Assembly: GCA_965200315.1 (NCBI GenBank)
Contig: OZ241362.1
Span: 2,944,001-3,008,000, forward strand
Direction of reading: 5' to 3'
Length of the DNA stretch: 64,000 nucleotides
DNA from: Candidatus Latescibacterota bacterium
Lineage (GTDB): Bacteria; Latescibacterota; UBA2968; UBA8231
This document shows, in pieces, positions 9,562-19,593 of this stretch. Below the pieces are notes generated by a model that was given only the letters and a program-made list of their open reading frames with translations, was not told the DNA's origin and ran no database searches. Both the position numbers and the translations under genes were made by a program. The number at the start of each line of letters is the position of its first letter. The first letter of the stretch is position 1.

Positions 9562-11409
9562 TCACTTGGCTTCTTCCGCGGCCAATACCCCCAGATACTG
9601 GTCTTGGTCTGCGAGCACCTCTATGGCCTTCGCTAGCTGTACATCCTCTTGCAATTCTTCGAGAAGTTGGGCCTTTCTGCCCTTGAAGCGCAAAATTAGT
9701 TCTCGACGTAAAGCACTCTTTATATAAGGCTCCAATTCGCTGCTATACCGCTGCTCCCACTCCTTTTTCACTGCTGCTCTTAGCTGATGGATCGACTCTT
9801 GTGCAGCCACACCCCAATCCATTTCCTCGGCCAAGTCCTCAAGTTCTTCTATTTCATTCAATCCTTTTTGGCCTTGGTCTAGGCTTTTGTCTTGGACGAA
9901 CTCCATAAAGCCCTCGACCATCTCATCGCTGACAGTCAGGTCTGGGTGTTCCTCGGCCCAAGACGAGTCGGTCGAGACATAATCTATGACAAAGTCGAAG
10001 AAGAGCCGGCGGCGCCCTAACTCTTGTACGTAGGGAGGAAATGGTTCCGACTCAACGCTAATATCGGGCTTAATCCCGCCGCCGAAGACCTTGCGACCGC
10101 GCTGGGTATAATACGTCCGGTTTGAAATAGTATCCGGCAAACCGGCCGCTCCCATCTTGGATTTACCCGCTAAATCGCCCAAACGGATCAGGAGAATGCT
10201 CTCTGCGGCCTCAGAATCCATATCAAAATGAGATTGGAGCGCAGAAAGGGCCTTAGTCCTATTCTCTGAACGCAAAATAAGGTCCATCACCAACTGATGC
10301 GGTAGTTCCTTGTCGCCAAACAGAACGCTATGTACGGGCTTGGCGATGTTCTGTTCGCGGTGAATACTGCGTCCACTGGGCGCGTAGTAGAGCGCCGTCG
10401 TCAGCTTTAAAGCACTAGCTTCCTCTTCACGTTCACGTAGGTCGAAAATGGTCTGTACCGAACCTTTGCCAAATGATGCCGCTCCGACAATTACACCTCG
10501 GTCGTTGTCTTGGATGGCTCCAGCAACGATTTCGGAGGCACTGGCGCTCCCCTCGTCAATTAGAACTACCAAGGGCACATTGTATGCAATAGAATGACGG
10601 CGGGAATACTTGACTTCTTCTCTCCGCCCGTCGCGTTCCCTAATCGAAACGATCGGCACCCCTTGGGGTAAAAACAAATCCGCAACTTGGGCGGCTTGAC
10701 TAAACAATCCTCCAGGATTTCCTCGCAGGTCTAAAATTAGCCCTTCAACCCGAGGGAGGCTTTTTATTGCCTCTTCCACTTCACTGGAGGTATGCTCGGA
10801 AAAACGCGTCTGGCGCATACTTATATAACCGATTTTTTCCGGGAGTTCCTCTACCAACACAACGCTCTTGATCGTGATTATCTCCCGTTGAATTTCAACT
10901 TCGTGCGGCGTGGCTCCCAAGTGGGGTGCGACCGAGATTGCAACCTTTGTGCCAGGTTCTCCGCGCAGCGTATTGACCACAGATTCAAGCTGCATATCCA
11001 AGGTACTTTTGCCCTCCACGGCGACGATCAAGTCGCCCGGTCTCAGCCCCGCCCGAAAGGCAGGAGTACCTTCAATAGGGGAAATTACCACGGGAAAGCG
11101 ATCTTTTATGCCAACCGTAATCCCCAATCCCTCGAACTTGCCCGTCGTGTCTTGGCGCAACTGGCGCAAACCCTCCTCGTCGTAATACTCGCTGTATGGA
11201 TCCAATTGGCCGAGCATGCCTTTGATGGCTGCGCTCATAACTTCCCCTTGGTCCAGAGGGGCGTAATAGTTTTCCAAAATGCGCGAATACACGGCTCCGA
11301 AACGCTCCCAACTGGCATTTACCTCCGCATACTGATCTTCCGTAGGCGCAGCTTGGATTGCGTTCGCACTTGCAAATAAAAAAATCAATCCGACTAAGAG
11401 GTGTCGCAT
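9562..11409 (-). CDS. S41 family carboxyl-terminal processing protease
   Basis: Signal peptide, PDZ domain, DLRGNPGG, SASASEI, SFGKGSVQ. Confidence 0.92.
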   Translation of the reverse strand: MRHLLVGLIFLFASANAIQAAPTEDQYAEVNASWERFGAVYSRILENYYAPLDQGEVMSAAIKGMLGQLDPYSEYYDEEGLRQLRQDTTGKFEGLGITVGIKDRFPVVISPIEGTPAFRAGLRPGDLIVAVEGKSTLDMQLESVVNTLRGEPGTKVAISVAPHLGATPHEVEIQREIITIKSVVLVEELPEKIGYISMRQTRFSEHTSSEVEEAIKSLPRVEGLILDLRGNPGGLFSQAAQVADLFLPQGVPIVSIRERDGRREEVKYSRRHSIAYNVPLVVLIDEGSASASEIVAGAIQDNDRGVIVGAASFGKGSVQTIFDLREREEEASALKLTTALYYAPSGRSIHREQNIAKPVHSVLFGDKELPHQLVMDLILRSENRTKALSALQSHFDMDSEAAESILLIRLGDLAGKSKMGAAGLPDTISNRTYYTQRGRKVFGGGIKPDISVESEPFPPYVQELGRRRLFFDFVIDYVSTDSSWAEEHPDLTVSDEMVEGFMEFVQDKSLDQGQKGLNEIEELEDLAEEMDWGVAAQESIHQLRAAVKKEWEQRYSSELEPYIKSALRRELILRFKGRKAQLLEELQEDVQLAKAIEVLADQDQYLGVLAAEEAK

Positions 11410-11411
11410 AA

Positions 11412-12053
11412 CTACTTTTTCTCCTCGGGAAACCACGACCACTGCCGACGCAGCGCATCCTGAATCCTTTCGGCTAGTTGATCTATTTCGAGCTGCGCGT
11501 CAAAAACCAAGCCTGTTGGATCTTTTTGGGCTATCTGTTGGTAGCCTCGGGAAACCTTCTCTTGTAGTACCATTCCTGTTTGCTCCAACCGATCCGCAAC
11601 ATCCCGCTGTCTCAGGCGAGCCCAAGCCACTTCTACAGGCAAGAGCAGATATATTGTCGCGTCCGGTAAACACTCCCCCACAGCCAACCGATTGACTTGT
11701 TCGATCACTTTTAGGTCCAAACCGCGCCCATACCCTTGATACGCTAGTGACGATGCAATATAGCGGTCGCAAATAACCACAGCTCCCCGGTTGAGCGACG
11801 GTGCGATCACCTCTTCTAGGTGCTGTGAGCGACTGGCTGCATAGAGGAACAATTCCGCCGTCGGGGATACACTCTCTAGGCTTGGATCGAGAACAAGCTG
11901 GCGAATCTTCTCTGCGACCGGCGTCCCGCCTGGCTCTCTGGTCAGTGTAACCGGAAGACCTGCTTGCCTTAAATGCGAGGCTAGCAGGCGGGATTGGGTT
12001 GTAGTTCCACTGCCATCAACTCCTTCAAATGCGATAAAATAACCCCGGGACAC
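11412..12053 (-). CDS. tmk: Thymidylate kinase
   Basis: FEGVDGSGTTTQ, REPGGT, DRYIASSLAYQG (P-loop Lys appears as Thr). Confidence 0.93.
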   Translation of the reverse strand: MSRGYFIAFEGVDGSGTTTQSRLLASHLRQAGLPVTLTREPGGTPVAEKIRQLVLDPSLESVSPTAELFLYAASRSQHLEEVIAPSLNRGAVVICDRYIASSLAYQGYGRGLDLKVIEQVNRLAVGECLPDATIYLLLPVEVAWARLRQRDVADRLEQTGMVLQEKVSRGYQQIAQKDPTGLVFDAQLEIDQLAERIQDALRRQWSWFPEEKK

Positions 12054-12072
12054 GACGGCAAGGAGTAGCTTA

Positions 12073-12690
12073 TTAGGACTGCTGGACAGAGGCGGGCGAA
12101 TTGGGACCTGATTTCAGCCTGTTGCGAATATGAGCGAGGCGCTCAACAACCGTATAGTTGGTCGTAACGGCCAATAAAACCAGCACGAAAACCAAACCTT
12201 GATGACCTATCAGGCTCCCTACGGCCAAGGCCGTTAGACGTTCTGGGCGCTGCATGAAGCCCACCTTGCAATCCTCGCCCAGCCCCTCTGCACGAGCCCT
12301 CACATAACTAACCATTAGCGAACCAGTAATTGCAAAAAAGAGGATCCCCGAGGGAATCCACTCATCGCGGCCAATCAAATACGCACCGATTCCAAAATAA
12401 ATAAATATCTCAGAGTAGCGATCTGTCGTCGAATCCAATAAGGCCCCAAACTTGGTCTCCTTGTGGCCCTCTCTTGCAACTTGTCCATCCAAGATGTCGC
12501 AGAGGCCCGCCACCATCATAATGAGAGCCCCCCATTGCAAGTAACCCTTGGCAAACGCCGCAGTTGCCCCCACGTTCATAACTAGCCCCATCAGCGTCAG
12601 CCAATCGGGCCTAAAGCCCAAGCGAATAAACAAATGCGCCAACGGCCTAAGGATGACCAGACACCACTCTTTCAGATACTTATCTAGCAA
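12073..12690 (-). CDS. CDP-alcohol phosphatidyltransferase family protein
   Basis: DILDGQVAR...GALLDSTTDR motif. Confidence 0.9.
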   Translation of the reverse strand: MLDKYLKEWCLVILRPLAHLFIRLGFRPDWLTLMGLVMNVGATAAFAKGYLQWGALIMMVAGLCDILDGQVAREGHKETKFGALLDSTTDRYSEIFIYFGIGAYLIGRDEWIPSGILFFAITGSLMVSYVRARAEGLGEDCKVGFMQRPERLTALAVGSLIGHQGLVFVLVLLAVTTNYTVVERLAHIRNRLKSGPNSPASVQQS

Positions 12691-12803
12691 AAAAGGACCT
12701 ATTTCGCAGACGATTGAGAACGACCATTGATAACCCTTGGCCTCGGAAACTACGTTAAAATATACTTGTTTTTTGCTTTTCTTCCAAAGGATTTACCGCA
12801 GAG

Positions 12804-12972
12804 TTTTCCACTTTCTTAAGAGCAAGTTTTCCACATCAAACCTCATCGTCTTTAACTTAGTACTTCGCTAAATTGTGGCCTATCTATTAGGAAAATTAGA
12901 CATATACGTCCCTCAAAGGGCCTAAATTTCACAATTCTTTTAATTTTTGGGTGTGGATAAGTATGTGTAAAA
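12804..12972. promoter_or_regulatory. DnaA-box cluster in an AT-rich intergenic region
   Basis: TTTTCCACT 12804, TTTTCCACA 12827, perfect TGTGGATAA 12952, TGTGTAAAA 12964. Confidence 0.55.
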
Positions 12973-13000
12973 CTACACTCGGAACGCCCGACAATAGCAA

Positions 13001-13606
13001 TTAGTAGAAAAGCCCCAATGCACTCTCCACCCGATCAGCCCTCCATGCCAACAACTCCGAATGAGCGGCATCTTTTTTAAGCGTCGAAAGAATCCAACCA
13101 TGAGGAGATAAATGCCTTTGTACTAAAGCAAGCAGTTTATCCGGAGAAGCCACGGCTCTCGCCGTCACCAAATCCGCGCACATTGGACTCAAGCTCTCTA
13201 TCCGCTCGTTTACAACCTCTATTCGTTCAAGCCCCACCGACCTTACAACTTCCTTGAGAAAGTGCGCCCGCTTCCTACTGCTTTCAACGAGAATAAAGTA
13301 GGCATTGGGAAGAGCTATTTTCAGAGGAATCGCCGGAAATCCAGCTCCTGATCCCAGATCCATAACCAGCCGATGCGGGAGACTTGCTACGACCGGAATC
13401 ATAGTCAACGCCTGTCCCAAGTGCTTGGTTGCTACGACGGACCGGTCTCGCCGAGAGACAAGGCCGACTCTTCTCGACCACCGACTCAAAATATATAGAT
13501 ATGTTTCCAGCTTAGGCCAGATAGCTTCAAAAGAACCAGAGAGAACGCTTTCTCTTTTCAATCTCTCAAAATCCTCCTGAATATCAGAGGGCAATTGAAC
13601 TACCAT
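13001..13606 (-). CDS. rsmG: 16S rRNA m7G527 methyltransferase
   Basis: DLGSGAGFPAIPL, VTARAV; position downstream of mnmE. Confidence 0.92.
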   Translation of the reverse strand: MVVQLPSDIQEDFERLKRESVLSGSFEAIWPKLETYLYILSRWSRRVGLVSRRDRSVVATKHLGQALTMIPVVASLPHRLVMDLGSGAGFPAIPLKIALPNAYFILVESSRKRAHFLKEVVRSVGLERIEVVNERIESLSPMCADLVTARAVASPDKLLALVQRHLSPHGWILSTLKKDAAHSELLAWRADRVESALGLFY

Positions 13607-13615
13607 ATCAAAAGA

Positions 13616-13631
13616 TGTTTCACGTGGAACA
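13616..13631. other. parS centromere site
   Basis: TGTTTCACGTGGAACA matches the parS consensus. Confidence 0.9.
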
Positions 13632-13686
13632 TTTAACTATACGGCTTGAAAGAGTTTTGTGGAGGAGCATCTGAAACGAGATTCAA

Positions 13687-13702
13687 TGTTTCACGTGAAA
13701 CA
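13687..13702. other. parS centromere site
   Basis: Perfect palindrome TGTTTCACGTGAAACA. Confidence 0.95.
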
Positions 13703-15064
13703 TTACTTGCCGATGCAAAATTGGGAAAAAATGGAATCGAGAACTTCCTCTTCTACGGTCTCTCCCAGCATCTCACCCAAGGCATTCAATGCGTCCTGAA
13801 GTTCGGCAACGACGCACTCATCAGGCTGGCTGGACTTCAGAAGCTCCTCTGCGATAGTGCCAGATTTAGCTACTCGCAGCAGGCAGTCTTGGTGGCGCTG
13901 GCGAGTGATTCCTATCCCATCTACTTCCGTCCTATGGGGCAACTGGGCCGTCACTTCTCTCTTTAATTCCTCAATACCGAATTCCCTAAGTGCTGATATT
14001 TCAATAGATACCGAGATCCGTGCTTCGATCTTAGATCGGGTGCTCGCACCCGGCAAATCTATTTTGTTGAAGACACCAATTGACTTCTTATCCAACGGGA
14101 TAAAATCTAATACAGCCATATCGTCCTCACGCGACTCAGCAGAACTGTCAAATATCGCTAAAACCACATCCGCTCCCCCAATCGCCTGCGACGCTCGTTC
14201 AATTCCCTCTTTTTCGATCAAGTTATGGCTTTGTCTAATCCCGGCCGTATCGACTAGCCGGATCGTCTCTCCTGCCCACGTAGTTCGACCTTCTACTAAG
14301 TCTCGCGTCGTTCCTGGTAGGGGAGTAACTATTGCCCGATCTTCGCCGAGCAACACGTTGAGCAACGTGGACTTACCTACGTTGGGACGCCCGATGAGTA
14401 CGACTAAATATCCCTCTTGGCGACGCCTTGTTCCCTCGAATGTTTCGGCAAGCCGCAAAGAGGACTCAACCACCTCGCGCAGCGCGATCTTTATTTTTTG
14501 ACGCCCAATACTATCGATGTCTTCGTCGGAAAAATCGAGCCCTATCTCAAGCAGGGACAGCATTTTAACTAACTTCCCCTTAAGCTCTTTTACCATCTTA
14601 GATAGACGGCCACAGGCCAAGCCATAGGCATTGTCGAGATGCGCTTTAGAGCTGGCTTGGATGAGGTCAATTACAGCCTCAGCTTCTAATAAGTCCAACC
14701 GACCATTGAGAAAAGCTCGACGAGTAAACTCTCCTGGTGCGGCAGCGACGGCCCCCAAGCGAAGCGCTTCCTCGACGACTGACTCTAATACGACCATACT
14801 GCCGTGGCAGCTAATCTCGACGGTATCTTCACCAGTATAAGAATGAGGAACAGCAAAGACCCAAGCGACGCCTGTGTCGATTGCTCGGCCATTAGCCCAT
14901 ATACGCCCGTATTCGACGTATCGGACTCGCTTACCGAGCGGAGGACGAGACCGAAAAATCTGCTGGCCTATCGCTAGGGCTTCTGGCCCGCTCAAACGCA
15001 CGATCCCGATACCCCCCTCCCCCCGTGGCGTAGAGATAGCGACAACAGTGTCCGGCTGTATCAA
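13703..15064 (-). CDS. mnmE: tRNA modification GTPase
   Basis: SYTGED, GRPNVGKS, DTAG, NKID, C-terminal FCIGK. Confidence 0.97.
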   Translation of the reverse strand: MIQPDTVVAISTPRGEGGIGIVRLSGPEALAIGQQIFRSRPPLGKRVRYVEYGRIWANGRAIDTGVAWVFAVPHSYTGEDTVEISCHGSMVVLESVVEEALRLGAVAAAPGEFTRRAFLNGRLDLLEAEAVIDLIQASSKAHLDNAYGLACGRLSKMVKELKGKLVKMLSLLEIGLDFSDEDIDSIGRQKIKIALREVVESSLRLAETFEGTRRRQEGYLVVLIGRPNVGKSTLLNVLLGEDRAIVTPLPGTTRDLVEGRTTWAGETIRLVDTAGIRQSHNLIEKEGIERASQAIGGADVVLAIFDSSAESREDDMAVLDFIPLDKKSIGVFNKIDLPGASTRSKIEARISVSIEISALREFGIEELKREVTAQLPHRTEVDGIGITRQRHQDCLLRVAKSGTIAEELLKSSQPDECVVAELQDALNALGEMLGETVEEEVLDSIFSQFCIGK

Positions 15065-15086
15065 GATTCGAGGTCCGGCTGAAATT

Positions 15087-16793
15087 TCAAGTGCTGGAAG
15101 GAGCGGCTTCCTTCTTAAAATGATTGACCAATAGCTGTTGGCCGATAGTCAGGACATTGAAAATAGTCCAATAGAGCACTAATCCCGACGACATGCTCCA
15201 AAAGATAAAGATCATCAGTACCGGCATCATGTAAACCAGAACGGCCTGCTTGGGATCCTTCATAGTCATCTTCTGTTGGATGAGCATGGAAATCGCCATT
15301 AACAATGGCAGAATATGAAGACCAAAACCGCCGATAAGCAACTCGTCAGGAAGGGAAAGATCTTGTATCCAGAGAATAAAGGGGGCTTGGCGCAACTCAA
15401 TTGTCTTGCCAAAAAGATTGTAGAGTGCAATGAAAATGGGCATCTGCAACAAGAGAGGCAGACACCCGCTAAGAGGATTGACGCCTTCTTCCTTATAGAG
15501 CTTCATAGTCTCTCGGCTTAGGCGTTGGTTGTCGTTCTTGTACTTCTCGCGTAGCGCCGTAATTTTCGGCTGAAGTGCCTGCATTTTCGCCGCGGACTCA
15601 TAGGTTTTGTGGGTAAGTGGATAGACGATAATTTTAATGACAACGGCGAAAACGACGATGATCCAACCATAGTTGGGGATGTATTGATGGGTGGCGATAA
15701 ATAGAATGAGTAGAAAGCGGCTTATTTGACTTACGAGCGGCCACCCGAAATCAATAGCCTGCTCTAGTTCGGCCTCATAGCCGACAAGCTCGTCGTAGTT
15801 GAGTGGGCCTAGATAAATCGTGTTGTGCCAAGAGCCAGACCGTTCGAGCCGGCGACCTACCTGGAAAGAATAGTCGGGCAACAAATTCGCCCCTTGGTGG
15901 TTGCCCTGTAAGACGACGAGAGAACGCTGCTCTCTATCGGCAGGGACGCAGGAAATCAAGAAGTACTTGTTGCGGATACCCGCCCACTTTAGCAACCCTT
16001 TGTCCTCTAATTCGTCCGATTCTCCATCATCCACCTTGAGTTCGACCCGCTCTTCGTTGATATAGGCAAAAGCCCGCATTTCAGGTAGGTCAATTTCCGG
16101 CTCACGCTCGGTAAACGCGATACCGTTTTCCCAAGTGAGTATGGCTTCGGTATCGTCGTCAAACCCTTCGTAGCGCACCTGGAGATCGAATCCATAGCGG
16201 TCCCCATTAAAGGTCAAAATCTTTTCCAGTCTTCTACCGCCATCGAGTTGGGCTACCATGATTAGGGATTGCTCTTCCCCGGATCCAACCTGCAGACTCG
16301 ATTGGTTGGCAACAAACTCGGCCGAGGAGATATCCTCCCTGTAGTTCGCTCTTTGTAGATGAACTCCCAAGCCGCGGCCGGTTGGAGGCAGCAGTTCGAT
16401 AATACTTCCATCTACGTACCTGTATTTTAATAACTTACATGATATGATATTGCCGCCCTTTGTGGAGACAACAAAACTCTGAAGCGGCGTTTGTACTAGG
16501 ATTTCTTCCGGGGTAAAGGACGGATATTTGTCCGATTCGACTCTTTCAATGGCCTGAGCCTGAACGGGTGTTGGCTCTTCCGAATGGAGCTGTTCTACAG
16601 ATTCGGGATCTCGTACGCGCTCGGGCTCATATTGCTCTTCAGCAACAGGGTCTGTTTCAGGCTCCGGCTTTTGCGACACAGATTCCTGCGACTGAGGCTG
16701 AGGATTTAGCCCCAGCCATTCATTATAATAGGGAAGCAAGAGGAAAATCAGGCCGATAAATAGAAAGGCCAACAGGGTCCGCTTATCTTCCAT
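15087..16793 (-). CDS. yidC: Membrane protein insertase
   Basis: Periplasmic domain, GCLPLLLQMPIF, WIQDLSLPD. Confidence 0.96.
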   Translation of the reverse strand: MEDKRTLLAFLFIGLIFLLLPYYNEWLGLNPQPQSQESVSQKPEPETDPVAEEQYEPERVRDPESVEQLHSEEPTPVQAQAIERVESDKYPSFTPEEILVQTPLQSFVVSTKGGNIISCKLLKYRYVDGSIIELLPPTGRGLGVHLQRANYREDISSAEFVANQSSLQVGSGEEQSLIMVAQLDGGRRLEKILTFNGDRYGFDLQVRYEGFDDDTEAILTWENGIAFTEREPEIDLPEMRAFAYINEERVELKVDDGESDELEDKGLLKWAGIRNKYFLISCVPADREQRSLVVLQGNHQGANLLPDYSFQVGRRLERSGSWHNTIYLGPLNYDELVGYEAELEQAIDFGWPLVSQISRFLLILFIATHQYIPNYGWIIVVFAVVIKIIVYPLTHKTYESAAKMQALQPKITALREKYKNDNQRLSRETMKLYKEEGVNPLSGCLPLLLQMPIFIALYNLFGKTIELRQAPFILWIQDLSLPDELLIGGFGLHILPLLMAISMLIQQKMTMKDPKQAVLVYMMPVLMIFIFWSMSSGLVLYWTIFNVLTIGQQLLVNHFKKEAAPSST

Positions 16794-16838
16794 AGGTTTT
16801 ACTTACCCTTTTATAAACAACGTGTTATTAACATATTA

Positions 16839-17048
16839 CTAGCGCAAAGGATCGTATCCATGCCCTCCCCAAGGATGGCATCGACTAATCCGCTTTAGCG
16901 CAAGCATTCCGCCCTTGAATGGTCCGTACTTATCTAGTGCTTCTTCGGCATATTGGGAACAAGTAGGTAGATAACGACAGGACGGGGGAAGATATGGAGA
17001 CAGGAGAAAACGGTAGGCGCGGACGACGAAAATGGCGATTTGCTTCAT
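16839..17048 (-). CDS. yidD: Membrane protein insertion efficiency factor
   Basis: [10 protein letters not shown]...[12 protein letters not shown]. Confidence 0.95.
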   Translation of the reverse strand: MKQIAIFVVRAYRFLLSPYLPPSCRYLPTCSQYAEEALDKYGPFKGGMLALKRISRCHPWGGHGYDPLR

Positions 17049-17317
17049 TGTGGGGCAAAAAAAATAGGTAGTTTGGCCACCAAGGAGTCCAGCTCCCTTT
17101 CCAAGTTAGCAAAGGGAGCTCCGATGGCTGACGGTTGGCATAAAACGACTAGATCACAAGGAAAGTGCGGGCGATTACGGCAAATGCTGCGCAGGCGTCG
17201 CTTGAGCCGATTGCGCTTTACAGCATTGCCTAGTTTGCGTCGGACGACAAAAATTTGACCGCGACCTTCTCGACCGCAGCGGATCCAAAAACAGCGGCCT
17301 CTAACCCAATCCATCAA
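17045..17317 (-). CDS. rnpA: RNase P protein component (short form)
   Basis: RNR motif [16 protein letters not shown]; lies between rpmH and yidD. Confidence 0.85.
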   Translation of the reverse strand: MMDWVRGRCFWIRCGREGRGQIFVVRRKLGNAVKRNRLKRRLRSICRNRPHFPCDLVVLCQPSAIGAPFANLERELDSLVAKLPIFFAPQ

Positions 17318-17320
17318 GCA

Positions 17321-17455
17321 CTAGACGGCTAGCTGCTTGCGTCCTTTTCTTCGACGACGATTGATGATATTGCGACCAGCCGGCGTACTCATGCGCTTGC
17401 GAAAACCGTGCTTGTTGCGGCGGCGCCTGTTGCTAGGCTGAAATGTGCGTTTCAA
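17321..17455 (-). CDS. rpmH: 50S ribosomal protein L34 (absent from ORF track)
   Basis: TTG start; [44 protein letters not shown]. Confidence 0.97.
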   Translation of the reverse strand: MKRTFQPSNRRRRNKHGFRKRMSTPAGRNIINRRRRKGRKQLAV

Positions 17456-17505
17456 AATAAAATTCTCTCTCGTTGGTTTATGTGCAGCATACGCATAAAC
17501 GATTC

Positions 17506-17534
17506 AATTTAGTGGCTATTATAATAAGTGTCAA
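17506..17534 (-). promoter_or_regulatory. Sigma70-type rpmH promoter
   Basis: Minus strand TTGACA-N17-TAAATT. Confidence 0.6.
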
Positions 17535-17587
17535 TACTTTCAACTCTTTGAACGCTAGCGATTTCAATGAAACTTCGCGGTGGACTC

Positions 17588-17616
17588 TTGACTGACGTAT
17601 GCCTTCTTCATAGGTT
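17588..17616 (+). promoter_or_regulatory. Sigma70-type dnaA promoter
   Basis: TTGACT-N17-TAGGTT. Confidence 0.5.
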
Positions 17617-17655
17617 GAAAATCTCCCTTAAAAATAGCGAGCTTCGCTTCAATAA

Positions 17656-19050
17656 ATGGCACTGGAAATACAAGATCCCCAAGAACTTTGGGCCCAATGT
17701 CTGCTCAATATCGAGCGTCAAGTTCGTCCCCAGAGTTTTACTAATTGGTTTAAGCAGCCTTCAGTAAGCCACTTCGACCAAGACTTATTGGTCATCCAAG
17801 TTCCCAGCGCATTTTCTGCCGCTTGGATAGAAGAGCACTACTTGCAGATGATCCAATCCGTAGTATGGGAAGAGACGGCACTGACTCCCAAGATCTCCTT
17901 TGTTGTTGCACAAGCCTCCCAATCTGCTGGCGATCAAGTGCTACCTGTTGAGCAGGAGGTACCTGCAAACGAAGGAGAACCGGCAGAAGATGAACCAGAA
18001 GAAATAGAAGCAGTTCCAGCCCGATCGCTAAACAAGCGCTATACATTTGAAGAATTCATCATTGGCGATAGCAATCAGATTGCCCATGCAACGGCCTTAG
18101 CCGTAGCCAAGGCCCCAGGTAAAACGGACTTTAATCCCTTGGTGATCTACGGAGGCGTAGGACTGGGTAAAACGCATCTGCTGCAAGCGATTGGGCATCA
18201 CGCCTATAAGCACAACCTCGCCGAGAAGATCGTTTACGTTCCCTCGGAAAAGTTTATGAGGGATTTCATCCAATCGCTCCAAGACCGCAAGTCCATAGGT
18301 GAATTTCAGAGTTTCTATCGGAGCGCGGACATTCTCCTCGTCGACGACATCCAGTTTTTGATCCGCGGTGAACAGACCCAAAATGAGTTCTTTCACACTT
18401 TTAATGCCTTACACCAGTCCGAGAAGCAGATCGTCATGACCTGCGACAGTCCTCCCGGCCATCTAGATGGATTAGAAGAAAGACTGAAATCCCGCTTCAT
18501 CTGGGGACTGACCACCGCCATAGATGCGCCCGAGCTCGAGACCCGGATTGCCATCCTGCACAGAAAGGCCGAGCGCAACGGCATACGGATTTCCGATGAT
18601 GTGGCCACTCTGCTGGGCAATCACATCCGATCAAATGTCCGCGAACTCGAAGGCACCTTGATTAGCTTGATGGCCTACTGCTCAATCCATAAGAAGGAAC
18701 TCGACCTAGAGGCGGCCCAGCATATTATACAGGAACAGGGGCCCAGCCCATCGGAAGTGAGCATTGAAGCAATCCAGCAGCAGGTCGCCGACCATTTTAA
18801 CCTGACTCAAGAGCAACTTACTGGAAAAGGACGCACGCAAGACGTGGCAACGGCACGGCAGATTGCAATGTTCTTAATTAGGACTCTCATCGGCAGTCAC
18901 TTCACTACCATCGGCTTACACTTTGGTAACCGCGATCACAGCACGGTCATCCACGCTGTAAACACTGTTGAGAAGAAGTATAAAAACGATCCCTCCTTTG
19001 CTAGACTAGTCGAGGATTTGTCGGAAACCGTCCGTCGGCAAAGCCGCTAG
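17656..19050 (+). CDS. dnaA: Chromosomal replication initiator
   Basis: GGVGLGKTHL, DDIQF, RELEG, RDHSTVIHA. Confidence 0.98.
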   Translation: MALEIQDPQELWAQCLLNIERQVRPQSFTNWFKQPSVSHFDQDLLVIQVPSAFSAAWIEEHYLQMIQSVVWEETALTPKISFVVAQASQSAGDQVLPVEQEVPANEGEPAEDEPEEIEAVPARSLNKRYTFEEFIIGDSNQIAHATALAVAKAPGKTDFNPLVIYGGVGLGKTHLLQAIGHHAYKHNLAEKIVYVPSEKFMRDFIQSLQDRKSIGEFQSFYRSADILLVDDIQFLIRGEQTQNEFFHTFNALHQSEKQIVMTCDSPPGHLDGLEERLKSRFIWGLTTAIDAPELETRIAILHRKAERNGIRISDDVATLLGNHIRSNVRELEGTLISLMAYCSIHKKELDLEAAQHIIQEQGPSPSEVSIEAIQQQVADHFNLTQEQLTGKGRTQDVATARQIAMFLIRTLIGSHFTTIGLHFGNRDHSTVIHAVNTVEKKYKNDPSFARLVEDLSETVRRQSR

Positions 19051-19593
19051 CCCCATCTCTTTAGTCCTCTCTGTCTGTATTTTTTACTACTATAGTGCCT
19101 ATTTGTCAGTGGAAAACTATTAACATCTATCCCCGCATAGGTATTGATTGGGTGTGGATAAGTCTGGCGAAAAAAGAAAACCGTCGTTTTTGACCTCTTA
19201 CGTGTGGAAAACTTTGGTTTTCCACTCCACAATCCACAGACAAGCTCCTGTTACCAAGTTATCAACTTTATCACGTAAGTATCTTATTAACAATATATTT
19301 TGTTGCTTGTAGATAACTTTTTAATACAGTTATCCACATATCCACAGTACAACTATAACTAAAAAAAGTAAAAGAACACGAAAAAGTGTAGTTCTATCAG
19401 AAGTATGGATGTGGATTGCGTTTTTTGGTTATACACACTTTTTATTCTTTTGCCACACACATACTCATATGTTCACCTCTATTAAAAAACGGGACACTAT
19501 ACTATAGAACTTGACGTAAGTAGGGATAAAAGCTAAATTTATATTGGTATTCAAAAGGCGATTTTATCCAGACATGATCCTACGAGAAGTGCT
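19051..19593. other. Replication origin oriC
   Basis: AT-rich dnaA-dnaN spacer with DnaA boxes at 19153 (TGTGGATAA), 19203, 19218, 19308, 19330 (TTATCCACA), 19338 and 19429; dominant gene strand switches around this locus. Confidence 0.9.
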
